A stretch of DNA of 64,000 bases from the human T2T-CHM13v2.0 reference genome, Homo sapiens. Both the position numbers and the translations under genes were made by a program. The stretch lies in assembly GCF_009914755.1 (NCBI RefSeq), contig NC_060934.1; one strand, given 5' to 3'. The notes below the pieces were generated by a model. It saw nothing but the letters and a program-made list of their open reading frames with translations, made no database searches and was not told where the DNA came from. Below, piece by piece: positions 15,628 through 31,208 of this stretch. Within the stretch, counting starts at the first letter, position 1. The number at the start of each line of letters is the position of its first letter.

Positions 15628-16011
15628 CTATCTTGGGAGTGATTCAGCCATAAAGAAGAAGAGGAAGATAGAAGAGTAATCATATTTTCAACTTTATATT
15701 CCAATAACCATGCCCCGCTCTAGGGCAATACCTCTTAGAGCCACTGCTTTTCCTTAGTACCACCCCCAAATATATTTTCTGGCTAGATTATTTCCACCTT
15801 GCCCATGACTTAGAATTATCCTTTTTTTTTAATTCCCTAACAAACTTCTTTTCTTGAGTAGATTTCTATTCAAGTCTAGCCAGTAAAAAGGGTGGCCTTC
15901 CATGACCTTGCCTAAATTTTTGGTGCTTAGTTCTGATAAAATTCAAATATATTTCCAGAAAAAAATGCTAAGTCATTAAGATCATACCTTATTAAAAATA
16001 TTCTGGGATAA

Positions 16012-16337
<326 letters not shown>

Positions 16338-18155
16338 TGATTCTGCATTCTTTTGGCTTAAACTTTACCATGTGCATTTTGGTTAACTGCAGTACATGTA
16401 CCTAGCATGCCCCGAATTGGAAAACAAACTCTTTCTAAGCCTCTGTGTTTAAAAATTATTTCTCCTTTCTGGGGAGAGAAATTAGGAAGCTATAGAATGT
16501 TAGTGCTATAAAGATAAAGAAACTGAGGCCCAAGGAAATGAAATGCCTTGTTCAAGCCCACAGAGCCTTTCTACAGTTCTTCCCAGAGGATATCTGTCAA
16601 TTTATTTTGGATTCCTGTATGAAGAGCATTCAGCTTCCCCGAGTTAATGGATTATTGACTGATGTTCAGAAAAATGCATAAAGAGGTTCGCAGTGTTTCC
16701 ACTGTGAGAAACTCTTTTACTCCTTCTCAGTGGGGGTGCTAAGAGCATTTGGGGCAGGACAATTCTTCATGCAGAGGTCCTAAGAGTTTCAGGATGTTAG
16801 CATTTCCAGTCCAACAATGGTAAGTCTAGCATTTCCAGTCCACCTAATGGGAATTCTAGGATCACAACAAAGAGAATCCTCACTCTCCTCCCTACCCTGT
16901 CTTCCCCTGGGTCTTCTATAATACTCTCCTCAAAAATAATAATTCTTTTTTTTTTTTCAAAGTTTCTTGAGCATCCAGAAATAGCCACGAGTGATGTTTA
17001 TTCATTCACTAGCTTCAGGCATATGGTGCAAGATGAAGCAGGAGGCAACTAGGCCCAGTGTTTTCAGAACTCCTCAGGACACCCAAACAGCTATTTGCTA
17101 CTTACTTTGGGAGGTGCAAGAACCTGCTTAACACTTTCCTTGTCTTTATGGTAATCACTCCCCAGTAGGAGTGCTGGCAGGGGCTGCTTACATGACAGGA
17201 TCTCCAGAGATTACCCAGCCCAAGAACTTCCTTTGAAAATCAGAGCCTAAATGTGAAGCGTTGAGCCCAAGGTCAAACAGCTCATCTATTGCAGAACCAG
17301 ATCTTGGCATAGTCTTTCTTCTAGTCCCAGAGGCAGCCTTCCCTTATGCGACAGCTTTTCCAAGGGTTATGCTGGTTATGTAACTAGACTACTCAGGGTT
17401 CCAACACCAATCGCCTCACAGGAGTTCTGTACTCAGGCAGTTATTGCCTGCTCCTGTGTGAATAAGATCAGATTACCTTTGCTCCAGGAAATCACTCCGA
17501 TCCAAGGAGATGGTGCTGTGGAGCGATTAAGAGCATGTGACACTAATGTCTGAATGCCTCACTTTCAAGCCAGCACAGCCTCCTATTCTTGGGCAAGCTG
17601 CCTAGCCTCTCCATGCCTCAGTTTGCTCATATGAAAAATGGGGGCAAATTAACCAAACTATGTTACAATAATTAAATGAGGTAATTATTCTAATGCACCT
17701 ACCGCAGGGTCTGGCACATTATAAGGATGTGTTAAAGGTTGGTTATTGTTGTTGTCGTCATTGTCATTGTCATCATCATCATGAATTACATTGTTTTTCC
17801 TTTGCTGGGAATTGAACCAGGGAGAGAAAGCAGGGCTGGTTCATTTTCTCCCACCAGCATGAGCCAGAGGAGGCGCTTCCCTTGGGGACATAAGCAATAA
17901 ACTCCAATCAATGGTTAATTCAGGTTCTGCTTGAGTTTAAAGGCAGGTATAGAAATGTATAAATTCAGCATACTTAACTTTGGTAATAAAAATTAAGAAA
18001 AACTCTATTTTTTAAGAGCAAAGTACCAGCCCACATCTCTAAACTAACTTTTCTCTTTTATAAGACCATTTTAACTGTTTCTGCTAGGTAATGATCATTT
18101 AATCAAGGGCATAAAAAGATAAATAAATTGTGGGTACTGCCTTCAAGGAGGCTTT

Positions 18156-18764
18156 CTTAAATATTTATTTTTTAATTGACAAATAATAAGTGTACATATG
18201 CATGGGGCACATAGCGATGTTTTGATACATCAGGGTAATCAGCATATCCATCATCTCAGATATTTATCATTTCTTTGTGTTGGGAACATTCAATATCCTC
18301 TTTCTAGCTATTTGAAACTCTATTATTGTTAACTATTGTCATTCTACAGTGGTATAGAACGCTAGAACTTATTCCTCCTATCTAGTTGTAATTTTATGTC
18401 CTTTAACAAAACTTTCTGTATGCCCTCCACCTCCCCCTACCCTTCCCAGCCTCTAGTATCCTCTGTTCTACTTTTTACTCCTATGAGATCAACTTTTTTA
18501 AGCTTCCACGTATGAATGAGAACATGTGGTGTTTAACTCTCTGTTTTTGGCTTATTTCCGTTAACATAACGTCCTCCAGTTCCAACATCCATGTTGCCAT
18601 GAATGGCAGGATTTCACTGTTTTTTAATGGCTAAATAGTATTCCATGGTGTGTATATGCTACATTTTCTCTATCTATTCATCTGTTGTTGGACATCTAAC
18701 TTGATTCCATATCTTGATTATTGCGAATAGTGCTGCAGTAAACATGGGAGTGCGGAGGTCTCTA
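18156..18764 (-). mobile_element. L1MA-class 3' fragment
   Basis: L1MA 3' UTR/ORF2 end; TSD caaggaggcttt at 18144 and 18765. Confidence 0.88.
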
Positions 18765-19017
18765 CAAGGAGGCTTTTAAAGGCAGAACTTGCCGCCTTTC
18801 TTCCCATTCGCTTGGGTGTCATTCCGTGACAGGTTTGGAATCTTGATAAACTAAATAGAGCCATGGCTGAAATTCTCCTTGTTTCACTAGCCCTCCTGCT
18901 TCCTTCCCTGCAGACCACCATTCCTAATGGGATGGTTCCCCAGGCTTCAAGCTCTTCCCAGTTCTCTTTAAGCCCGGTCAGCTGCTTTCTGCTGAAGAGT
19001 GGAAGGATACATTCAAC

Positions 19018-19485
19018 ATGTTTTTAAATTTTCTGTATCCTGATGCTTTGACACCTGGGGCTGTGCTGATGACCCTGGAGGGACTGCCACTCCCAGGGTT
19101 AGCCAATTCCGAGAAACAGTAAATGACTCACGTGGGAGGGCCCACCTTTCCTATGCAAACCAACCGATCCAGTATCCATACCCCCAATCACTTCCTTTAT
19201 TGGGCCGTCTCTCGGGGCCACCATCCACCTACTCTAATCACCCCAGGGCCAGTAACAGACAACTAGGGACAGTCCCTGTGCCCCAAAGTTCACTGAACTT
19301 ATTCAAAGGAGCCAATCCTGAGCCTGTTTACCCTGTCTTGCATTACCATTCCTGCAGAAATCACAATAAAGGCTCTTGTCTGCATTTTCCCCTTGCTCCC
19401 TCGGGCCCCTGACCAGCCCTGATGCTTCCCCATATGCCCCCACTGCATGACAAGCTGTGCCTCCTGTTTTATACCCATGGGGAAC
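19018..19485 (+). mobile_element. MER74-like ERVL LTR
   Basis: tgatgctttgacacctgggg...gaccctggagggactgcc...atgcaaaccaacc...cacaataaaggctcttg. Confidence 0.8.
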
Positions 19486-19910
19486 TCTCTAGAATTTCAT
19501 AGGGAGCTTTTAACAGCCATACCCTAGACCAATTAAATCAGAACCTCTAGGAATGTGACCCAAACTTTAAGTATTTTTTTTAATTCCCCAGGTGATTCGA
19601 AAGTGTAGCCAACTTTGAGAATGGGTGCTTTAAAACATCCCCATCGACGTTTTCATAGTACACATTTCTAAGTTAAAAAATCTTTCCCATAGTAATCTCC
19701 AATGTCTTCCTTCAAATACTAAAAAATGTGGAGGGTACTTTAACTTAGAATCTTACCCTCTCCCCTATCTGCTGCCACTTATATCTACATTTATGCCTCA
19801 ATTGCATAATTATCCATGAGGGAGATCAGATTTTGCCAATAAAAAAGATTTTACCCAAGACAGTGAGGAACTTTTGGTGAAGAAGGGGTTAAGATGATAG
19901 CCAGCCCAGT

Positions 19911-19930
19911 TGCATGCTGGGAATTGTAGT
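19911..19930 (-). promoter_or_regulatory. ZNF143/THAP11-type SBS motif
   Basis: Minus strand reads ACTACAATTCCCAGCATGCA, matching ACTACAnnTCCCAnnATGC. Confidence 0.55.
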
Positions 19931-20019
19931 ACAATAGTAGCGCCCAGCCAGTGAGGTGCTACCAGCTCCGAAGCAGCTCACGGTATCCCTCATTCCACAC
20001 AGCCCATCAGAGAGGCAGT

Positions 20020-20290
20020 GTCCAGCAGTGGCTAATGCTGTGGACATCAGAGCCAGGACACCTAATTTCGATCCCAGCACCACCTTTCACTAGCTACAGG
20101 ACCCTGGGCACACGACTTAACCTCCTGACCCTCTGTTTCCTTTTCTGCTAATATAGGGGAAATAATAGTAATATCTATCTAGCCCATGGGATTGTTATGA
20201 GGATTAAGTGAGTTAATATGGGTAAAGTGCTTTAGAATGGCAGCTGGCACATAATACGCATTTTATAAGAGTCAGCTTTCATTATTATTA
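20020..20290 (+). mobile_element. MIR
   Basis: MIR core: gttatgaggattaagtgagttaatatgggtaaagtgctt. Confidence 0.75.
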
Positions 20291-22559
20291 CTTCTCAACC
20301 CCTTTCTTGGCCCAAGTTCTATTCTCATGGACTATAAAAGGTGAAAATCCCCTGATTCCACAGTTAGAACATGCGAGTTTAGCTGTCCTTGGAGAAAGTA
20401 TTCATATCTATTTGTCTAAATTGTCTTCTGGTCATTTCTCTTTAAAACCATAAGGTTGAGTTAGGGGCAAGGGCCAATGATATTAGCTATCAGAGCCCAG
20501 CACTCCTACCCAAATGAGCATCGCTGGATTTCACCTGCCCAGCCTGTTCTCTCTGCTCTGACAGCAGTACCCAACTTGCTTTTGTGGAACCACCTCTCTC
20601 CCACCATGTGCACTCTTGGTGAGATTGCCAGTCAAGGTGCCCCACTTTCCCAGGGCAATGGGCAGGGGTGCCTGACCCAAGATCAGTCCACCATACTCAT
20701 CTTTTGGGGAGGAACATAAGGATAAGAACAGGTTGGACTGAATTTGCCAGAGGGCATCATCCATTAGCTCCTGCCACATAGATTCCCAAGCTTTCACAAG
20801 TTCCTTCATTCTAAATCCTGCTTGGTCAACCCTTCCTTGGATTCTGTGAGTCACTCAATCACCATGGCAACAAGGTCCTTTTACACTTATGTTGGCAGAG
20901 TCAGTGTCTGTCACTTGCTACCAAAGAGTCCTAATGACACACTACTGCTAAATAATCTTAAAGATTGGCCCTCAATCCCCTTCCCACTTATTTCCAGTGG
21001 AACTATCAGTAGTCCAGTGCCTTTTTTGCAACATTCTTTCCATGTACATCATCACTAATCCTAATATCAACAATGCAGAGATAGTATTGTTATTTTTACT
21101 TCCTTGTTGCAAATGAGGCACAGAGAAGCTAATCAACTTTCCTAAGTTCACACAGTCAGTGAAGAACAGAAACAATATTCCGACAGGTCTAATTGCTAAC
21201 TTCAACCAGTAAGTGAAATTTATTGGAGTCAAGATCACTTCCCTGCCATTTTGGACTCCTGGGTTGGGAAAGGATCTTTAGCATCCTCTCATGCAGTTTT
21301 TTTTTCCCTTTCTTTTTCTTTTCTCTTCTTTTTTTTTTTTTGGTTGTAAACTGAAAGAAGCATGATTTATATCACAGCTGTGCCTTCATACACACACAAA
21401 GAATGGAAACAAAGGCTTCACAAGGCAATAGTTATCCTTACTGGTGCAATATGCTCCAATTTTGTATTTGAAATGATTTATTTTTCAAATTCTACTTGTA
21501 CTCACTAGATTGATATTGATGTCCCGATCCACTATCATATCTGACACGCAGCTTTGCAAACCCTGCTCTGTTGAGAAAGCTGCTTAAAATGACACCAGTT
21601 TGCATGTCTGAGTGTTTGTAAAAGGAGGCAAGGCCAAGCTTGATCTTCTAAGCCTCCTAATAGTGATTTGTTTACTTGTACAATGTGTGTTTCCTAGGCC
21701 ACACCAGCCTGAGGGGAAAACTGGGATCATAACCAGGCACATGCTGTTCCTTTCTCACTCTGCTTTCAACAGCTCTTCCAGAACCACCAGAAGCCCCCAG
21801 ACGAGAACCCCCTTCTGGTCTTTCTGAGGATGTCCAGGGAACACTGTACATGTGCTCCCAAACATCATTCCTTGTCCCTCATTTTCCTTCTCTTCTGCTC
21901 TGCCTCCCTGCTGGGATCCTTTCCCAGTGCCTTTGATGTCTGCAGGGCTGTCACTGCTGCTGGGCCACCAAGGCTGAGCTGCTGCTGGTGAAAAATTCCA
22001 TGACTTTAGTCTGACTCCCAGGCCTGGATGGGAGCATTGTTTGTCTCACCTCTTCAGCAGCCTCTGGTGTCACCACTGTGCATAGTTCCTTATAGCACCT
22101 GCATGCCATGCAATGGTGCCCACCACATTAGAGAGAAGTCCCACTTTTTTACAGGGATCCCAAAAGAGATTCCTCTTACTCCCTTCTAACTTACACGTGT
22201 TCAAGGGCAGTAGGCTGAAAAAAGTCTTCATCCTGTATTCACAACCACCTTAATCTTCTCCACCTGTAGACCTTGTCCTTGGGCTAAGCATGCGTGCTCC
22301 TACTCTCACCCAAACTGGTGAGATTTTTTTTTTTTTCCAGGAGGCAGCTTGGTTCCTTCTCATGGCGGAACCCTTGACAAGGCCACAGTGTGTCATACTG
22401 CTCAGAAGTGCCTGCTTCCCAGAGTGAATATACGCTTCAGCTAACCTCATTTTTATTTGAGAGCTTTGCTTCCCAGGTCCCAGAAGTCACATGTTCAGAA
22501 TTCAAGTCCTGTTGCAACCATGATGAGAATGATGGTGATGACGGTGAAGATGATACTAA

Positions 22560-22740
22560 ATCTTTCACACGTATCAGACTGCACAATAAGCACTTTTAGA
22601 TACATTATCATGTTTCATTTTCTCAACAACTCTATGTGATACATACTATTATTATCCTCGTTTTACAGAGGAGAAAATTGTGACTTAGGAAGGGTAAATC
22701 GGCCCATGGTCATATGGCTGGCAAAGTGCAGAGCTCAGCT
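22560..22740 (-). mobile_element. MIR
   Basis: attatcctcgttttacagaggagaaaattg...ggcccatggtcata core. Confidence 0.7.
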
Positions 22741-25559
22741 ACTCCTCTACAGCTCAGACTGGGCATTGAGCCTGCCTCAGCTAGGCCTCCTGGCTTCCCT
22801 GGGCCTCCTTCCAACTCTGCTTTAATCCTTTCCAAGCCCCTCTCCCCAGGGTCCCTATTGTGATCCACAAGTGGGTGGCCACACCTTATCTGAAGGCCTC
22901 CAAGATGGTGGAAACCCCTAAGCTTCCACCTCCTGCTTCCTACATCATCTCTGTGCTCCCTGGGGCTTCCTGGAGCAGTAAGATGGGAAGCATTATCAGC
23001 AATGGGGCCTCCTCTTCAGGCCTCTCAAGACTTCAATGCAGCGACCTGCCCTCATCTCCCCGAGTCTCTCCTCAGATCCAATTCTGGAGCCAGGAAGTGG
23101 TTTCTCCTCCCAAAAAGGCCGCCAGCATCCTGCATTACATGGTTAAATTTTGCCTGACCTTAGTGGGTGTTTTTAATTGAATAAAGAATTCAAGTCTGGG
23201 TTTTAAATGCCATAGAAAAATAAAAAGTTACTGTCTTTTCAGAATGCCCATTGTAATTTGTCCTTAGAGTTTCTCCTCCCCTCCCCTCCCCAATGGTCCT
23301 TTTCCCCCTTGAACTGACAAACTGAACTGCCAGATAAATACAGCTGCAAAGTGAATAGTATGGATATGATTTCTTCCCCTCATTCATTTGCCTTCCTAGC
23401 TTTACCAAGTCAAAAGAAAAAGACCGCTCACCCTTTCTTCGGCTGTGTCTTCATACCACAAAGCCAACAGCTAGTCAAGCAATCTTCATGATTTGAAACA
23501 TTTGAAAGTGAAACACAGGGAGTGACTTAGCCTGATGGATTACATTAGTCATTGTAACCAAGTTTCTGCCATGGGGCTTACCCCATGCAGAGTGGTGGTC
23601 TCTGTGTGTCCTCTCTGTACCTCGGTTTCTCCATCTGTAATATGCAGGGATCAAATCCAGGATCTTTGAGGTCCCTGAATCTTCTCGATGTCTTCATTTT
23701 GTAGTTACAGAACACATCATTTACAAGTCAGTTGATTTAGAGGGTGACTTTGAATAAAAACAATCCTCCATAAAACTTTTACCACATAATTATTTTACGG
23801 AGCAAGTTTCCACTAGGCACTTGAAGCAGGGTTCAATTTACAAAAACCCGACTTGCAGCCAACTTTTAAGTGACACTTTTACTGTTTAAAGTGAGGCTTG
23901 CGCAGAGGTCACAGTTTCTAAAAACACTGCCCTCCATTCCCTCCTCCACAGAGTCCTTGACAGTGAAGCATTCGTAGAATACACTTTAAAATCATGACTT
24001 CTTGTCAACGAAGAGTTTTTCTTTTTCCCTTCCGTAAAAAACAACACACAGTATTTACAACCCCACAAAAACTGACTTAGTGATAATAACCTACTGGTCC
24101 TTTTGAAACACAAACCAGTTAATATCACTCCCCTGCCTGATTCTACAGAGGTGTCCCATTGCTCTGCAGATCATGAGCCAGACTTTATGTATGCCATTCC
24201 CTCTACCTGGAGTGTTCTCACGAACCCTCTCTGTAACTCCTCCTTACCTCTGAACTCAGCTCAATCACTGCTACTTCAGGGAATTGGCCCCTGACTTCCT
24301 TGACTAGGTTAGATCTCTTTATTAGAACTGCAAGGTGCAACTGTAAGTTTATTTGGCTGGGCATGACCATGAATGGACTGTACACTCTGCTGTTGCTGGC
24401 ATAGCCATCCAGGTTGCCCACTACATGCACAATGCTACACAGGCCCTGGGTTCCCTAGCGGGGTCTCTAACCTCGTGGACCTTGCAATCTTCTGGGGTAA
24501 ACAGACAGTTATCAAATGTGAGAATGCACGTGAATGGCACTGTCCCCCGCAAAGAGTTTACAGAGAACTGAACAAGGGATTGAAGTTAGCATGGGGCCAG
24601 CTACATGAGCGAAAGGGTAGAATGGCAATGCTTTCAGCTCTGATGCAGAATGAGGTTATGTCAAAATCGCCTTTGCTCAAGCAGTCCTTTTAATACTTTC
24701 AGTCTAAGAAGCTAGAGGAGAAAGGAACGTGGACTGATATCCCAGGCTGTTCGTGCCAGCTTGAAGGATGGCCGCCTTCGCCATAGTGAGATAACCGGGG
24801 GTCTGTTTTCCTCATCTTCCTCCATCCCAAGGGTCTTCCTACTCTCTTGGACTAAACTATCCCACCCCAAGGCCAGGGGCTCTTGATTGCTTCTTTAAAT
24901 GAATTTTCTTTTCCAAGGGCCCATCCGCTCACATCAAGTACACGAGTAACATAGCCTATCATTTTCATTTAATTCCAGAATGTCTTTACTATCATCCCCG
25001 TTTTACAGACAGGAGAATAGATTCAGCAAGTTCACAGCAGACCTGCGTTCTCAAAGCCAGGTGTCTGGTTCTCAGTCCAGCATTTCCCCCACCATGTCAC
25101 AGCCTCGGGGCTGAGCCAGGCCTTTTTCAAAGCCCCAGGAAGCTAGAGCTGGCCGCCTCCTGCTGGCAGGGAGTTCCTTCCAGGCTTCTGGTGCTACTGC
25201 CAAAGAAGGGAGGGTGGGAGAAGAGAGGGAGGTGGATTATACACAGAGAGGGTCCCGCACTTCTGTTTCCCTTCCTTGTCATGGAAGGAGAGAATGAATT
25301 ACGTGGGGGACCCAGGGGGATAGGAAAATCAATCATTCATGACAGTTAATAAGTGTCAGAAAAGTATGTACTCACATTCATCCCCTGAAAGTCACATTCT
25401 TCATCTGTTCTGATTTGTCTTTCACTGATGGCATTAGCCAGGTAGGCTCAGCAAGAAACATCAAAAGGTTTTAGCCCAATATTGTGGAGAGAGTTTCATT
25501 TAGCTTCATTTTTTCCAGCCGGGGCTGGCTCCAAAGCTAGTTTTTCTTACTAGGTTGTT

Positions 25560-26255
<696 letters not shown>

Positions 26256-26577
26256 TAAGGCCCGTAAGCATTTTGATATCTAATTTACGATTTAAAAATT
26301 CCAGCCGGTGGATTTGGGGCTTTGCATGTATTTGTAGAAGGGCATGGAGAGAGAGATTCCTCTTGCATGCTTGGCCATTTGACAGTGCTAACATTTGCTG
26401 CATTTAGAATTTTTGATTTTTTTAGCTGCTACTGAACATGCTTAGATACCCCCAGCCCTGAACATTATCATGAGAAACCTGTAGCCGATTCATTTCTCTT
26501 ACTTCATCTGGGAAGGAATAGTATCGTACTTCATAAAATAGTGTCAAAATAGTCACTGTTATGCTAAACCGGATTAA

Positions 26578-26727
<150 letters not shown>

Positions 26728-29700
26728 TGAGAAATATTTATATCATGACTATTTTTAATATGGCATATATTTGGATAAGCCTTCTAGTAAAATGATCTCA
26801 ATATTAATTTTGTCAAATGTGATTCTATTTCTGAGAAAACAGAATATCCGTAAAGTGAGAGGTAGATGGGTTTGTTTGCGACTTCACACCAACAGTGCAG
26901 GTTGATTCTTACAATGGTAAATCTGTTAACCTGTCATGCTGTCTACTTTAATGGCTATTTATGAAGTTGTTGGAATCTTGCAACAATGATCCCAATTCCA
27001 TTCCACTATTTTACTTTCATTTTTAACTTGGGAACTTGGGTTCTTTTGCCCTGGAGTTTTTGAATTAGTCAATACAGAACCCAGCATAACATATGCGCTC
27101 AAGATGTTGTCTCCGGGGATCTGGGGCAGGCTGCTACTCTGTATGATTTACCATGTGGGGAAAAAAAACACCTCAGCTCTTTCTAGGTAATTCCTTAAAA
27201 TGTTAATTCTCAAGAGACTGTTTTTTAATCTCATCTAATTTATAACTAGTTCCATTACAAGGAGGGAAAGAAAATATTAATATAGGATAGTGCAAAGGAT
27301 TACTCTCTGCTATATGTTTTGAGTTGGCCACAAGGGAACCACATACTCAGTCTATGCCTGAAAATATTCAAAAAAATAATATTTGACTAAGAAATCAGAT
27401 CTGTTCACAGGCATAATGGAACACATAAAATTTGTTCTGATGTGTAATGTTTGGCAATTGGAGTCCTAGTCCTTACAGCGGTATCACATGGGGGTCAAGA
27501 GGTCTCCCAGGACTCAGGTATCAGGTCGCAGACTTGGTTTGTAGCTGGACGGATATGGGCAGAATTAGACAATTGTGGATCAGCTGAGTCTTGGCTATCT
27601 TAACTGCATGATTCAGGACCCAGGCCTTTCACTTGTTTGTTTTTTATTTTTTTATTTTCTTGCCTTACTTGGCCATTTTGGCTGTTTGAAGTTACATACA
27701 CAGAGGCAAACAGCATGGAGTGGACGTTGGAGAGACAAGTGTTTAAACCTCACCCTGCCACTCATAGAACCTAAACATGTAGTCTTGTGCAGATTAGTAT
27801 ATCTCACTAAGCCTCAGTCTTCTTATCTTTAAAATGGAAGTGAGAACACATACTTCCAAGGTTTAAGTAGATAAAACACTTGGCATAGGGTGTGCCAAAT
27901 GCTTACACATTTATAAATGGTAGGGTTTAAAAATTTTATATCAAGCTAAAAAGCTAAAAGTCACTCATCTATTGTTTTGTGTATATGAAATTCCTAAACT
28001 GGTTTGACTGTTTCATTGGATTCACAAACTTGATCAGTTGTTTTGACATTATGTAATGATGTTGGCTAATGCCCTTCTACTGGCTGATGTCTTCAAATGA
28101 TTAGCAATTGACTAGATATTCCTAAGGGGTTTATCTGTTTGATTGATGGCTAGTGGTGTGACTGGGGGAAGTGTTAGTTAGCACATCAAACAAATCCAAA
28201 AAAGATAGATTCTTTCCCACAGAAAGGGGCAGAGTCTCTAATGCTGGGATCCTTCCATAGGATAAGAATTTGCTGTCTCTGAGAAAGTGATAAATTGTGT
28301 TTCTGGTCCTCACTTGTTAAATGAATAAATAGCTCTTTTAAAAAGCATCCTTTTGATATGCTAAGGCACCTCCCTTCCCCTAGGAAGTTACATAGATCTA
28401 GTTACATAGATCAGTCCTTAAAATTCCAGGAGTAGTGTCAGTAGACACTAGATGGACATTAGCTGTGGCACAGAAAGCCTGGAGTGATTAACCTAATCAA
28501 TTACCACATCTCCACTTTGTTTTTGTTGGGTGGACCCAGTCACGGCAAGCACAGATGCTGGACAATGTTATAGAAATAGTTACCGGCTGCTGCAGGGTAA
28601 TGTGATTTCACGTATTTAGAATCACAGAGGGAAGCCAAGGGACTGGTTTTTAAATAGCCCAACCGAGTGTGTGCCATGCCCGTGCCCCATGCTCCGAGTT
28701 CCTATGGAACATTCCAGCCTTTATTTCTAAAAGCAGTTCAGGTTTCAGAAATAACAAAAGGCGAGTAATTCTCTCCCAGTGTGTTCTCGGTTAACTCAGA
28801 TTGGCTAACCTCAACATGGTAGACTTGTGCCAGAGCTGAACTTATGCAAAATTGTCAGGGGCCAAAGTTTGTCCCTAATCTCCAGGACCCTGTGCCTGAA
28901 GACTCTGCTCTCCATCCTTCTTGCCCAATATTCTCTGCTTCCGCCTATCCTCAGGAAAAGGTCTAATAAACTCATGTGCGGTGTGTAGGAAATATATGAG
29001 AAGGCTCTGAATATGAACTATGAAACGATCATAACAATTGTGGGAATGCATGGATCCCACAGAGAAAGATCTCTTCTGTGAGACAGGGCTGTCCAGTGCC
29101 CTGAAAACCCCATATGGGCTGCCAATCCCCCTTTGGAACATGAAGACCAATGGCATTGGACCACCAGATTAGGCCTAGATCACACAAGCCATTGAGGTTT
29201 GCAATGAATTCCAACAGCATTTGTGATTGTGAATTGCCACACTCACCCATCATACACTGTGAAGAGATAAATTTCAGAATCAATTCGGCTTGATTGACGT
29301 AGGAAGACAGTTCGTTGGTTTCTTGCTTTATTGTTGGGAAGGGTTAAAGCAAATGTCCTATTTCCATCATCCACCCTAAAAATCTGATAATGTCAGTATG
29401 CCCCCAGATGCTTTTTCAGAGCTTCTGAAAAAGCTATGATGAGAAGTACTTGTTGAAATGTCAGTCTGGGGTACTGAGGAAAATAGACATGGTATCTGAA
29501 GTTACATGCAGTGTTTGGGAAAAGATCCTGGTAGGCCATGGCTGGCAGTTTGTGTTGGAGAACAAGAAAAACAAAAACCCACATTCCGTAGAGAAGAGAG
29601 AGAAAGAATAAAATTATTCAATAAAAATTCATTAGATTAGTTGTAATATACATTTTTTAAAAATCTCATTTATGGGTTTAAACATAACAATAAAAACCTT

Positions 29701-31165
29701 TCCCAAGCAAATGCAATTTCATTCATGTTTTACATAGGGCCAGTTTCGAAACATAACCAATGACAACGATTATGCGTTCTAGCTTGCTTTTAGTGATAGA
29801 AAGTGGTACTTTTAGTGAATGCAGTTTAGGGAAATGTGTTTTCACACATTACAGCCCTGTTCCTTCTCAACTACAGACTGAAGTCCCCAATGATATGGGC
29901 TCATGATGGAAGTGAAATTCAAATTTAAGAGGACAAAATGTGGCCACTTCGCCACCCACTTATAACATATTTTAATTATAAACCCCTGTAATTCCCGAGA
30001 GTGTTCTATTTTCAGGGAGTGATTTCCAGGGTAGTTTTAGTATCATGCTCAAATAAAACAACACAAAACAAAAACACTGCACGTAAGAATCCGACATGAC
30101 CAGAAAAAATTTCTTAGTATTCCAATTGGATGTGGTCTTGTTTGAAAGACAGAATTGATCTTTCAGGGTCAAAGGAGGGGAATAGCGTTATTTTAAAAAT
30201 TAATCCACAATCAACACATAAATACCTGATCCATAAGAAATTAAAAACTAAAAACAAATGGAAAAGCAAAAGGCATGAACAAAAGAAGGAATAAGTCCAT
30301 CCTTACTAAGGCTTTATCATTTAGTCCTTCAAAATATGATCTGTCCAGGAAAAAATATCCATGGCCTCCTTTACCTTTAAAGCAATTGCTACCTTTTTCT
30401 ATTCCTCCTTATATTAGAAGCCTACAATTTAGCAGTCTTCAATGACCACTCAAGCCAAACCTATCAGCCAAGGGTGTTTTTGGAGGAATTATTAGCTGGT
30501 TATAGGTGAGCACGTTTTGGTTTGTATCCAGCTGATGCCCCCATGATGGACCAAAAAGCAAAAATTTCAGTCATCTAGGCTGTTTTGTCTACAGTTTGCC
30601 CAATGATCCATAGATCTAATCTTTAACTTTTTAATTAATTACTTCTTTTTTGTTTTTACTTTCTTAAAAATAATTTTAAATTTTATTTTAGATTCGAGGG
30701 TCCATGTACAGGTTTGTTACTTGAAGTGAATTAATTCTCGTAACTGCACAAACTAGCACTCACCACAATTGTTTTCTCTGAAAGTGTATTTCATCCTTTC
30801 AGTTATTCAGGCAAGAAACTTCAGAGTTACCTGACCCCTCTCTTTCACTCTCCACTTCCACCTGGACAAGCATCCTGTCCGACAGCATGAGAATCTGCCT
30901 CCTCCTCTTCACCACAGCACCACTGCTTTCACTGAGGCTGCATTTCATTCACTGTTTCACAGGCTGTGGCAGGAGCCTCCACGCCTCACTGTCTGCTTTC
31001 AGTTCCCATCTGACCCATCTCCATTAGCGCTGCCTTTCCTGAGACACAGCTCTCCGTGCTTTCATGACTCCCTAGAAACAGAGAAAGTCCAGACACCTGA
31101 GCTGGCATCCATAGTGTTTGGCCCTTTCTATTTGTCCAAGGTTATCACTCACATCATTGACTCTA

Positions 31166-31208
31166 CACACACAGACACACACACACACACAGACACACAC
31201 ACACACAC
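31166..31208. repeat. (CA)n microsatellite
   Basis: Interrupted CA run. Confidence 0.9.

Noticed and set aside
16798-16842. Short direct repeat tagcatttccagtcca x2 (similar gttacatagatc x2 near 28387)
   Set aside because: Ordinary slippage duplications with no further structure.
19938-19962. CTCF-like tagcgccc...agtg next to the ZNF143 motif
   Set aside because: Spacing and core do not fit the CTCF consensus.
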